A DNA stretch of 64,000 nucleotides from the human T2T-CHM13v2.0 reference genome, Homo sapiens: the NCBI RefSeq assembly GCF_009914755.1, contig NC_060938.1, one strand, 5' to 3'. Made by a program: the position numbers and the translations under genes. The notes under the pieces are model-generated. The model saw nothing but the letters and a program-made list of their open reading frames with translations, was not told the origin of the DNA and made no database searches. This document shows, one piece after another, positions 18,597 to 31,385 of this stretch. Position 1 is the stretch's first letter. Each line of letters opens with the position of its first letter.

Positions 18597-20146
18597 TCTT
18601 TCTTTTTCTTTATTTTACTTTAAGTTCTAGGGCACATGTGCACAACATACAGGTTTGTTACATAGGTATAGATGTGCCTTGTTGGTTTGCTGCACCCATC
18701 AACTCATCATTTACATTAGGTATTTCTCCTAATGCTATCCCTTCCCCAGACACCCACTGACAGGCTCCGGTGTGTGATGTTCCCCGCCCTGTGTCCATGT
18801 GTTCTCATTGTTCACCTCCCACCTATGAGTGAGAACATGCGGTGTTTGGTTTTCTGTCCTTGTGATAGTTTGCTAAGAATAATGGTTTCCAGCTTCATCC
18901 ATGTCCCTGCAAAGGACATGATTTTTTTTTATGGCTGCTTAGTATTCCATGGTGTATATGTGCCACATTTTCTTAATCCAGTCTATCATTGATGGACATT
19001 TGGATTGGTTCCAAGTCTTTGCTATTGTGAATAGTGCCTCAGTAAACGTATGTGTGTATGTGTCTTTATAGTAGCATGATTTATAATCCTTGGGTATATA
19101 CCCAGTAATGGGATCACTGGTCAAACGGTATTTCTAGTTCTAGATCATTGAGGAATCGCCACACTCTCTTCCACAATGATTGGTCTAATTTACACTCCCA
19201 CCTACAGTGCAAAAGCGTTCCTATTTCTCTGCATCCTCTCCAGCATCTGTTTTTTCCTCACTTTTTAATGATCACCATTCTAACTGGCATGAGATGGTAT
19301 CTCATTGTGGTTTTGATTTGCATTTCTCTGATGACCAGTGATGATGAGCATTTTTTCATGTGTCTGTTGGCTGCATAAATGTCTTCTTTTGAGAAGTGTC
19401 TATTCATATCCTTTACCCACTTTTTGATGGGGTTGTTTTTTTCTTATAAATTTGTTTAAGTTCTTTGTAGATTCTGGATATTAGCCCTTTGCCAGATGGG
19501 TAGATTGCAAAAATTTTCTCCCATTCTGTAGGTTGCCTGTTCACTCTGATGATAGTGTCTTTTGCTGTGCAGGAGCTCTTTAGTTTAATTAGATTCCATT
19601 TGTCTATTTTGTCATTTGTTGCCATTGCTTTTGGTGTTTTAGTCATGAAGTCTTTGCCCATGCCTATGTCCTGAATGGTATTGCCTAGGTTTTCTTCTAG
19701 GGTTTTTATGGTTTTAGGTCTTACATTTAAGTCCTTAATCCATCTTGAGTTAATTTGTGTATAAGGTGTAAGGAAAGGCTCCAGTTTCAGCTTTCTACAT
19801 ATGGCTAGCCAGTTTTCCCAACACCATTTATTAAATAGGGAATCGTTTCCCCATTGCTTGTTTTTGTCAGGTTTGTCAAAGATCAGATGGTCGTAGACGT
19901 GTGGTGTAATTTCTGAGGCCTCTGTTCTGTTACGTTTGTCTATATATCTGTTTTGATACCCACACCATGCTGTTTTGGTTACTGTAGCCTCATAGTATAG
20001 TTTGAAGTCCGGTAGTATGATGCCTCCAGCTTTGGTCTTTTTGCTTAGGATTTTCCTGGCTATGCGGGCTCTTTTTTGGTTCCATATGAACTTTAAAATA
20101 GTTTTTCCAATTCTGTGAAGAAAGTAAGTGCTAGCTTGATGGGGAT
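18597..20146 (-). mobile_element. 5'-truncated L1PA (about PA5-7), 3' 1.55 kb
   Basis: T-rich tail, 3'UTR, ORF2 C-terminal peptide [22 protein letters not shown]. Confidence 0.97.
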
Positions 20147-20279
20147 TACTTCTCTCAGCTTAAGCACCACTGGAATGCAATAAAAAGGCAAGTCCAAATC
20201 TTGGTGTTTAATTTTACTTTAATGCCTGTTTAGTGACATTAAACAAATCAATATGCAGGACAGGATTTTTCTAGTTCAT

Positions 20280-20640
20280 TGTTTTCAATATAATTGAAGA
20301 AGATTTAATCTAGTTGTCAGTTGATGGATTGTTAAAATAATTTCTGATGACTAATCACCTTGTGACTTTGGAATATAAATCAGAAATTTAAAGTATTGTG
20401 AGACTTTTCTGAAAAGTTACTTTATTTAAATGTAGTTTACTTATGTGAAAAGTTCTTCAGTGCTTCCACATTATAGCACTTAGAAATTGTCATCTCAATA
20501 TATAAGCCATGAGAACAAATTACTGTATCTATTTCAATAAGTGAGGAAATTCCAGTATGAAATGTAGACATTTATAAACTATCTAAATTAGTTGTACTTA
20601 TTATATTTTGATCAATTGTCAACTGATAAGTATTAGCAAA
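20280..20640 (+). mobile_element. Probable hAT/Charlie transposase remnant (C-terminal dimerisation region)
   Basis: tac tta tgt gaa aag ttc ttc agt gct reads YLCEKFFSA, like the hAT motif (T)YLCExxFSxL, preceded by EEDLI..LS.D and DFW-like codons. Confidence 0.45.
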
Positions 20641-23600
20641 GTCTCACAATACTTTAAACTTATATAAAAATTTAAAATACAATAGTTTAAACTTTCATAA
20701 AATTTTAGAAATTAGAAAAATTTTCACATAAATTAGAAAACTTTTAAAAATTTGAAAACTTAAAAATTTAAAAATTAGAAAACTTTACAAAATTTAGAAA
20801 ACTTTTAAAAATAGAAAAACTTTTCACATAAATAAACTACATTTAAATAAAGTAACTTTTCATGGTAAAGTCTCAAAATACTTTAAACTTACATAAAATG
20901 TTAAAATACAATACTTTATATTTACATAAAACTTTAAAAAATTAGATTTATAAGCTCAACAATAGAAAATACATGAAATATTTATGTATATCCATAGTTT
21001 TGTTTCAGAGAAATACGAGAAGATAGTCACTCTTTCAGGTGTAAATATCGCATCAGGACAGATCCTATGGTCAAAGTGGAATTGAAGCATAAATTCAAGG
21101 AGAAAAAAGATGTTCTAACAATGTTCCAAATAAATGTTTTTCTAGTTTAGCCATAATCTTGTAGATTATATTATTATATTCTTCAACTGGAATATAATAT
21201 AAGGTCTAGGAAGAAAAGGATTAAGTGGGGCTGTGCTAATTGAAAGAGAGAGACAAATAACCATAGGCCTGTCCTTTTCTAATCTCTGTGATGACTTCTG
21301 AAATGCTGTAAATCATAGCTTTGAATGTAGTACAATTGGTGAGCTTTATATTCCTTTCCAATATCATTATTTTATGAAACATGATTAAAATGTTTTCTTC
21401 AAATTGGAGTGTTCACAAATTTCATCTTCAAAGTGTTTATAATTTAGTCATATAAAATTGTATTCCTATAAATTGTATTTAAAACTTAAAGTGTTATTAA
21501 TTTTTTATTGTGTTTGAATAATTTGAGAAAATTTAATTTTAGAACTTTAAATCATTAAAAATTTAAATTTAGATTTTACAATGTCAATAAGTACTTCTGT
21601 TTATAAAGCAATTTAAATACTGTAGCAGTATAACATCAAATAAGGAGAGTAACCATTTCATGCTAATCTTCATATTTACTTACAAATTCTTACAGTTAAG
21701 TCTTTTTTGTGTATCATTCTCTATTTTAATGTGCATATAAATGTATCATTTGTATAAAGATACATAAAATTTTATATAAATACTTTATATAAAGATAACA
21801 TAAAATGTATTTTTCAAAAAGCTGAAAATAGTGGGTAACATGCACAATGTTTAGAACAATGTTCTAGGATTACAAGAAAAATAGGAGAAGACTCAGTGTC
21901 AGTAACAAAGAAAGCACTGAAAACGAGAATGCTAAGCTAAAGCAGGTGCAGCCATGAGAGGTGAAAGGAGGAAACTCACCAAAGGGATTTACCACACATA
22001 CAAAGATGGAAGATGAAGACTGCACGCCCGAAGCAAAAAGTTGCAACTGAAATCTGTACAAAAACGCAACTCTTGTACCAAAAGAGTTAGGTTAGTCGAG
22101 AGCCATAATTATCTATTTTAGAGCAAATTTGTGTAAGTCCCAAGAGTAAAATGACCAATTAACTATGATAAAAATGTTAATAGCTGCTTTACAATATTTA
22201 TAAAAAAACACAAAATATTGGCAAGAAGAAATAAGAAATCTGAATGGTCATATGAATTAAAAAAATAAATTGTTATTAAGATCTCTCTGTCAGGAATAGA
22301 TATCTTCAAAACCAATTCTTCTGAAATTTAAACAACAAAATTACAACAATTTTACAATTATTCTTCAGAGAATTGAAAAACAATGAAATATTTCCCAAGT
22401 TGAACTATGAAGTCAGAATTGCAATAATAATAAAGATGAAAAATTGTTTATAAACAAGGAAGCGATAGGCTAGAGTCCCTTGAAAACATAGCAAAATGGT
22501 TGAACTGAAAAGAATAAATTAACTTTTCATTCTTTATAGACAATATAATTTTATATGTGCAAAACTCAGAAGAATCTACAGAAAAAAATATTAGGATAGT
22601 AAATGTATTTAACATTGTTACTAATGTTAAATGTAAAATAATAGCTACAATTTTACACGAGTAGTAAAAACTAAACAAATGATTATTTTACAGAAGCATC
22701 AAAAAACATCAAATATCTAAAACCTAAAGAAATGTCTACAAGGTTACTACACTGAAAACTGCAGATATTTCTGAGAGAAATCAAAGAAGACAAATTCTTG
22801 GGAGACATACCATGTTTATTAATAAGAAGCATCAATACTTACATGTTATTTCTTCCTAAACTGATCCCTAGATTCACTGCAAGTACAAAAACACAAAACA
22901 AAAAACTCTCCACACAACTAGATTGTAGAAAATAATACAAGGCAACAATCAGTAAGACAGTGTCATATTAGCACACACAAAAAAGTTGCCAAATGGAATG
23001 TATAGTAGAATCCAGATACTTATTCACACATATATAATCACCTGACTAGGCAGCACAATATACAGGAAAATAAAATAACTTTTAATAAATTATTTCTGAT
23101 AAAGTTGATACCTACACAGAAATAACGTATTTGATTCTTCATTTCATACATGGAGAAAAAAATTAATTTCAGATGGTTTACAGATGTGAACATAAAATTA
23201 AAACAATAATAATTTTAAGGGAAAACATAAGAATATCTTTATGATCTTGAAGTAGTTAAAGGTGCTTTAACAGAATGAAAATTTCACTAATCTTTAGCAA
23301 AGATTTGTTGAATTGTATCAAAATTAAGACATTTTATTAATCAAAAGTCACTATAGAAATCAATTAAGAAATATTTGAATTATCCCTCTAGGTTAATTGG
23401 TAAAATTAATATGATCTCAATTAAAATACCAGTTTTTTAAATGGTGCCTTACAAGTTGACAATAGCATTCATATAAATGTATAAATTTACAAAAATATCT
23501 AGTAAAACCCTGAAAAAGATGACTATGATGGAAGATGTGTTGTGGCAAATATGAAAATATAAAAGGAGCTATAATTATATCAATATGGTTCTGGAACATA

Positions 23601-24087
23601 TGAAGACAACAAGACCAATGCAGCAGAAGTGTAACTTCAGAAAAAAATGTTTCATCTCCATATAGAAATCTCAAATTCCTTAGGCAAACATGTCATTTCA
23701 AATAATAATGTTGGATCAACTGGACCGTCATTCAGAAATGAACTAATTAACAAAATATTTAAAACAATTTATCTTTCAATACACAAATATTAATTGCAAA
23801 TGTATGAAATGTCTAAATATAAAAAAGCAATCAATACACATTCTGAAGGAAAATATAGACAAATACTTTTATAAACCTATGTTGGAGAACACTTTCTAAC
23901 CATGATTTTGAAAGTATAGACATAGAAAAAAAACAAAGCAAATGACATATAAGACTACATAAAAACTTGCATACCAAAAACACCATAAACAAAAATCAAG
24001 TCTAATGTTACTAATATATGAAGAAATATTAATAGTTGAAATAATAGAAAAAATGTCATAGAAATGTAGGCAAAAATTTATACACAA

Positions 24088-26261
24088 TGATATGGTTTGG
24101 CTCTGTGTCCCCACCCAAATCTCACCTTAAATTGTAATCCCCATAATCCCCACATGTCCAAGGCAGAACCAGGTGGGAGTAACAGAATCATGGAGATGGT
24201 TCTCTCATTGCTGTTCTTGTGATAATGAGTGAGTATCATGAGATCTGATGGTTTTATAAGTGTCTGGCATTTCCCCTACTGGCACTCATTCTCTCTCCTG
24301 CTGCCCTGTGAAGAGTTGAATTCTGTCATGATTGTAAGTTTCCTGAGGCCATTCCACCATTCAGAACTGGGAGTCAATTAAATCTCTTATCTTTATAAAT
24401 TACCCAGTCTGGGGTACTTCTTCACAGCAGCATAAGAATAAACTAATACATTAAATTAGTACCAAGAGTGGGGTGCTGCTATAAAGATACCCTAAAAAGT
24501 AGAACCAACATTGGAACTGGGTAACAGGCAGAGGATGGAACAGTTTATGTGGCTCAAAGAAGACAGGAAAATGTAGGAAAGTTTGGAACTTCCTAGAGAC
24601 TTGGAGGGCTCAGAAGACAGGAAGATGTGGGAAAGTTTGAAACTTCCTAAAGACTTGTTAAATGGCTTTGACCAAAATACTGATAGTGATATGAACAATG
24701 AAGTCCAGGATGAGGTTGTCTCGAACTTGTTTGGAACTGGTATAAGGGTCACTCTAAAGAGACTGGTGGCATTTTGTCCCTGCCCTAGAGATCTGTGGAA
24801 CGTGGAATCTGAGAGAGATGATTTAGGGTATCTGGCAGAAGAAATTTCTAAGTGGCAAAGCATTCAAGAGGAAGTAGAGCATAAAAATTTGGAAAATTTG
24901 CAGCCTGATGATGTGATAGAAAAGGAAAACCCATTTTCCGGGGAGAAATTCAAGGCAGTTGCAGAAATTTGCATAAGTAACAAGGAAATGAATGTTAATC
25001 ACCAAGAAAATGGGAAAAATGTCTCCAGGGCATGTCAGAGACCTTCATGGCAACACCTCCTATCACAGGCCCAGAGGCCTAGGAGGGAAAAATAGTTTTG
25101 TGGGCAAGGCACAGAACCTGCTTGCTCTATGCAGCCTTAAAAAATGGTGCTGTGAGTCCCAGCTGCTTCAGCTCCAGCCATAGCAGAAACGGGCCAAGGT
25201 ACAGCTCATGCCATTGATTCAGAGGGGGCAAGTCTCAAGCCTTGGCAGCTTACACATGGTGTTGGGCCTGCAGGTGTACAGAAGTCTATAATTGAGGTTA
25301 GGGAACCTCCACCTAGATTTCAAAGGATGTATAGAAATACCTGGATGTCCAGGCAGAAGTTTGCTGTGGTATGGGGCTCTCATGGAGAACCTCTGCTAGA
25401 GCAGTGCAGAAGGGAAATATGGGGTTGGAGCCCTCACACAGAGTCACCTTTGGGGTACTCCCTAGTAGAGCTGTGAGAAGAGGACCACTGTCCTCCACAT
25501 CCCAGAAAAATACATCCACTGACAGCTTGTACCATGTATCTAGAAAAGCTACAGACAATGCCAGCCCATGAAAGCAGCCAGGAGGGGAGATTTACCCTAT
25601 AAAGCCACAGAGGCAGAGCTGCCCAAGACCATGGGAGCCTACCTCTTGTATCAGTGTGACCTGGATGGGAGACATGGAGTCAAAACAAAACATTTTGTAA
25701 CTTTAAGGTTACAAAGTGACTGCTTTATTGGATTTTGGACATTGTGGGACCTGTAGCCCCTTTGTTTTGGCCAGTTTTTCCCATTTAGAATAGGTGTATT
25801 TACCCAATGCCAGTTCCTCCATTGTATCTAGGAAAGAACTAACTTGTTTTTGATTTTACAAGCTCATAGGTGGAAGGGACTTGCCTTGTCTCAGATGAGA
25901 CTTTGCACTTTTGCACTTGGGTTAATGCTGGAATTAGTTAAGTTATGATCTTCATAATATCCACATACCAAGGGCAGAATCAGGTGGAGGTAATGAAATC
26001 ATGGGGGCAGCTTCCCCCATCCGGTTCTCATGATAATAAGTGAGTCTTATGAGATCTGATGGTTTTATAAGCAACTGACATTTCCCCTGCTAGCACTCAT
26101 TTTCTTCTTGCCACCTTGTGAAGAGGTACCTTCCACCATGATTGTAAGTTTCCTAAGGCCTCCCCAGTCATGTGGAACTGTGAGTCAATAAAACCTCTTT
26201 TCTTTATAAATTACCCAGTCTCGGGTATTTCTTCATAGTGGTGTGAGAATGGACTAATGCA
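24088..26261 (+). mobile_element. THE1 (THE1D-like) MaLR element: 5'LTR 24088-24450, internal region, 3'LTR about 25945-26261
   Basis: tgatatggtttggctctgtgtccccacccaaatc...actaataca; MaLR internal ORF remnant 24583-25095; TSD cacaa/cacag. Confidence 0.93.
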
Positions 26262-26626
26262 CACAGATAATTGAGATGTTTAAAAGTGGCTCCTAAACAT
26301 ACGAAAAATTTTGATGTCAACAGAGTATGAGAAATTCTTTAAAATAGCAATTATATACAATTTGTCAAACATTTGCAAAAATTCAAACAGAGTTTGTTGG
26401 TGAGACTGCAGGGAAATATGCACCATCATACATTGCTATAGAGTAAAAAGTGATTATATCACGAATGAAAAAAATTCATTGATAACTAACAAAATTGCCT
26501 ATTCATTTTCCCTTTGATAAAGCTATATGACTTAGACATTACCTTATTGGTAGGCTCCTAAAAATGCAGAAGTATATATGCACAAGATTACTAAATGAAG
26601 AACTATTTGCAATAAAATATTATTGG

Positions 26627-27210
26627 ACTTTACAATTTGGTATGTTTTTGTAGTGGCTGGTACAGGTTGTTCCTTTCCATGCTTAGTGCTTCCTTTAGGA
26701 GCTCTTGTAAAGCAGGCCTGGTGGTGACAAAATCTCTCAGCATTTGCTTGTCTGTAAAGGATTTTATTTCTCTTTCGCTTATGAATGTTAGTTTGGCTGG
26801 ATATGAAATTGTGGGTTGAAAATTCTTTTCTTTAAGAATGTTGAATATTGGCCCCCACTCTCTTCCAGCTTGTAGGGTTTCTGCAGAGAGATCCGCTGTT
26901 AGTCTGATGGGCTTCCATTTGTGGGTAACCCAACCTTTCTCTCTGGCTGCCCTTAACATTTTTTCCTTCATTTCAACCTTTGTGAATCTGATGATTATGT
27001 GTCTTGGGGTTGCTCTTCTCGAGGAGTATCTTTGTGGTGATCTCTGTATTTCCTGAATTTGAATGTTGGCCTGCCTTGCTACATTGGGAAAGTTCTCCAG
27101 ATGACAGGTTGATGGCTGCAGCAAACCACCATGGCAAGCATATACCTATGTAACAAACCTTCATGTTCTGCACTTGTACCCTAGAACTTAAAGTATAATA
27201 ATAAAAAAAT
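26627..27210. mobile_element. Inverted L1PA insertion: antisense ORF1 3' half (26627-27100) joined to the sense last ~110 nt of the 3'UTR and A-tail
   Basis: ORF1p peptide ENFPNVARQANIQIQEIQRSP...YQPLQKHTKL* on minus, then gcaaaccaccatggca...agaacttaaagtataataataaaaaaa on plus; attgga on both flanks. Confidence 0.9.
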
Positions 27211-27585
27211 TGGAAACTAAATGTCCAACTTTAGATGACTGATTGCGTAAACTATAATACATCCAAACAATTGAATACTAGGTAACTGTACAAAAGAGTG
27301 AGACAGAATTCTATAACCTGTTTTGAAGTGACTTCTAGGATATTTTGTTAAGTGAGAAATGCAAAATTCAAAGGAAGAAAATTATAGTACGTGACTTTTT
27401 GTGTATCACCAAAAAAAGAATAATAAAACATAAAAACCTACATGTAGCAGTTTATTTTGTTTTTTTTCTTGCCTTTTTGTTTTTCAAAATCTTTCTGTGG
27501 TAATTCAATAAAACTGCAACTCAGCTACCCCTTTGTAATTACACCAGGAAAGTCTTGTGAACTAATTATTTTATTGATTCAAGCA

Positions 27586-27942
27586 GCAATGGTTCTAAAT
27601 CAGACTAAGGGTCCAACCCCAGGTGTGCTCTTGTTGTGTCAGGACTCCCTGCTCAACCCTAGGCCTTCAGATCTCTAAAGCGATAGGGCCTTGAGAGCTA
27701 TTTTTTAAAAGTTTCCCAAGCTAGTTAGATGACTAGTTCAGTTTAAGGAAGACTTGTCTAGTGTTCTTGCAGGGCTTCTCAATATCAGTATACCACTGAA
27801 AAACTTTAAAAAGTGCAGATTTTATGTCCAACTCCAAGGGATTCTAATTGCTTAATGAGGTGTAGAAATAGACATTTTTAAGAATCTCTCAAGTTGCTTT
27901 TGGAAGAAGTTGCTAGTGTAGCTCACTTTAGGGAACTTTGCT
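27586..27942. mobile_element. One or two MER5-like hAT MITE remnants
   Basis: caatggttctaaa / cagggcttctcaa termini; cagattttatgtccaactccaagggattctaatt; attttttaaaagtttccc. Confidence 0.5.
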
Positions 27943-28167
27943 CCATTCAGGGTTTGGCAAAAGGCAGGCACATGGGGAAAGAACAGGACACATTTATGAG
28001 GCTTAACTGTTGCTTCTCCAAGACCAGTTGCAAATCAGTCCTCTAAACAATGCATGTACCTATGGCTAACATGGTATCTATGCCTAGAGACTCCAGTGCC
28101 AGCGAGAGAGAATGAGGGTAACAGCGACTATGGGGACAGGGTGGGCTTTCTGGTGTATCTTGCTATT

Positions 28168-29220
28168 CTTTTTTTTTTTTTTCAACTTTTATATTAACTT
28201 CAGGGGTACATGTGCAGGATGTGCAAGTTTGTTACATAGGTAAACTTGTGTCATGGTGGTTTGTTGCACAGCTCATCCCATCACGTACGTGTTGAGCTCA
28301 GCATCCATTAGCTATTCTTCCTGATGTTCTCCATCCCACCAACACCCTCTGGCAGGCTCCAGAGTGTGTTGCCCCCCACATGTGTCCATGTGTTCTCATC
28401 ATTCAGCTTCCACTTATAAGTGAGAACATGTGGTGTTTGGTTTTCTGTTCTTGTGCTAGTTTGCTGAGAATCATGTCTTCCAGCTCCATGCATATCGCTG
28501 CAAAGAACATGATCTTTTTTTATGACTGCATATTATTCCATTCCATTCTAATTCATTATCATCAGTTCTATCTTACCGTTTTCATTTTCATATCAATATC
28601 TTCTTTCTCTCTCACAGTGAGAACCCTCATGTTCAATATACTTCACTTCAACATCAATATGTACCACATATTGATGTATGTACCACATATATGGAAAGTA
28701 TATGTACCACATTTTCTTTATCCAGTCTATCATTGATGGGCATTTAGGTTGATTCTAGGTATTTGCTACTGTGAATAGTACTGCAATGAACATAGGCATT
28801 CATGTATCTTTATAATATAATGATTTATATTCCTTTGGGTGTGTACCCAGTAAGTAGATTGCTGGGTAAAATGGCATTTCTGTCTCTAGAACTTTGAGGT
28901 ATTGTCACACCGTCTTCCACAATGGTTAAACTAATTTACACACCCATCAACAGTGTAAAAGCATTTCATTTTCTCGGCAATCTCATCAGCATCTGTTGTT
29001 TTTTGACTTTTTTATAATAGTCATTCTTACTGGCGTGAGACGGTATTTCATTGTGATTTTAATTTGCATTCCTCTAATGATTAGTGATGTTGAGCTTTCT
29101 TTCATATTTTGCCCTCATTTATGTCTTCTTTTGAGAAGTGAGTGTTCAAGTTCTTTGCCCACTTTTTAAGGTGATTGTGTTTTGTTTGTTTCTTGTACAT
29201 TTGTTTAAGTTACTTGGTAG
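28168..29220 (-). mobile_element. 5'-truncated L1PA (about PA8-13) 3' end carrying a foreign insert at 28541-28697
   Basis: Poly-T followed by the L1 3'UTR ggggtacatgtgcaggatgtgcaagtttgttacataggtaaac. Confidence 0.92.
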
Positions 29221-29481
29221 TCTTCATCAAAAAATTAAGGTAAAACAAAAAACAATAAATGTGCTTACCTATAACAATTGAGTGGTGAACAGGGATAGAG
29301 GAAAAGTGTGACAGAGTGACATATTTCTGAGAATAATGATTTGCATAACTTTGCCTTTGGAAGTATGTTAATGTTCTACATATTTAAAAAATAAAATTAA
29401 ATAATTAAGAAAAATAGGAGAAGGAAACTAGAAATAAAATAAAACCAATCAATCACAATAACATTTTAAATAAATAGCAAT

Positions 29482-29830
<349 letters not shown>

Positions 29831-30179
29831 TTAATTCTTTTAATTTTTTTTTCTTAATTTTAGTATGAGCAAAGCAATTTTTAAACTATTATAAGATGAG
29901 CAAATATATTGATGTTGAAAGTGAAGTATATTGAATGAGAGGGTTTTCTCTGTAAGAGAGAAAAAAGTTATTAATATAAAAATAAAATGGCAAGATAGAA
30001 CCAATGACAATGAATTAAAATTGAAGATATCAGTGTGTAAACACATAATTTTGGGACTATGAGTCTTTGTATTTAGCCTGGATCTTAGTCTAAAGATCAC
30101 TAAAAGGAACTAGAACACCTTTGGGGAATGAGGAATGACTCTCAGAAACAAGAGAAGGATATATATAAGTAGTCGTCAA

Positions 30180-30375
30180 TTGTGTGTATCTATCACAATT
30201 TCTTTATCCACTCTTATAATGACTTCTTTTCCTCTGTGTAGATACCCAGTAGTGGGATAGCTGGATCAAATGCTAGTTCTACTTGTGTTTCTTTAAGGAA
30301 TTTCCACACTGTTGTCCCTAGTGTTTGTATTAGTTTTCATTCCCACTAGCACTATAAAAGTGTTCCCTTTTCACA
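30180..30375 (-). mobile_element. Internal L1PB/MA fragment
   Basis: tagatacccagtagtgggatagctggatcaaatg...cattcccactagcactataaaagtgttccc. Confidence 0.75.
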
Positions 30376-30379
30376 GTGA

Positions 30380-30600
30380 AAATGGTGTCTTAAACAGCAA
30401 GTTAGGCAATCTGGGAAAAGAGTGTTACAGACAATGGAAGCTATGAAAATATGACTAAGGCAGACCGAGTGCTGCATTTTCAAGGAAAAACAAGGAGTTA
30501 GTGGTGGTTGGGCAGATGTACAATGGGGCCTATGGTAAGAGACAAGACAACAGAGGGCCAGGAGGTCACATTCTGTAGGGCTTTAAGGAACCATATTTTT
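30380..30600. mobile_element. L2 remnant
   Basis: gggaaaagagtgttacagac...caaggagttagtggtggttgg...tgtagggcttt. Confidence 0.45.
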
Positions 30601-31244
30601 GTGTTCTAAATACTTTTCAGATCACCTGAAACGCTGAAATATTATTTCTTACAAGATATTTAGTGAATGGCCTTAATAGTGAAGCCAACATATTCTAGCC
30701 TGACTTAACTTTAATTATAGTTACAATGACTCCAACTCAAGTTTACTGACCACTGACCATATTATGCAAAATACTTGGAAAACTAAAATTAAAGAATTTG
30801 TAAAGGAGTTTGCTAAAATGTTATACTTAGAATAGCTATATATCCAGATTATTGGAGGGATACTTAACTTGAAGGTATACATAACCATTAAAAGATAAAG
30901 AAACACAATCTACATCTCAGTGGTGTATAGATGTGAGGTTGCAAATTTGTGCTCCCTATAAACTGCCGAAGATGTTGCTGTTGGGAGAATCTGACATCTT
31001 TGGTAGCAGAAAAATTCCACTAGTAATGTAGCCAAGCAATTAATTGGATGTGAATATGTTGCTCAAAGAGAGTTATCTGCAAAAGTCTGCACCATAAATT
31101 TTTAATATAAATTATCATAAAAGAGTCTTCTCTAGTGAGTTGTTTAAGAACTGTAGAAAATAATTCATATTGAGCTATTGGTATTAGTTTCTTTAAAACA
31201 ATATTTGTTAAAATCAAGATTTAAATATAATTTATTTGGAATTA

Positions 31245-31385
31245 TAAACTTCTAGAAATGGAAAGAACATTAGGAATATTCCAGTCTAGCTGTTTTATGT
31301 TTCAAATGGGCTGAGAGAAGTTAAATGATATTCCCCAAGGTTACATTAATTGACAAAAATGTTGGAACTAAAACCAAGTTTCCAT
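31245..31385 (-). mobile_element. MIR
   Basis: ggctgagagaagttaaatgatattccccaaggttaca. Confidence 0.65.

Noticed and set aside
24583-25095. 170-aa ORF (and 62884-63216) as a novel gene
   Set aside because: It is the MaLR internal ORF remnant. The short internal repeat at 24560-24655 is, as I recall, typical of THE1D/MST internal consensus.
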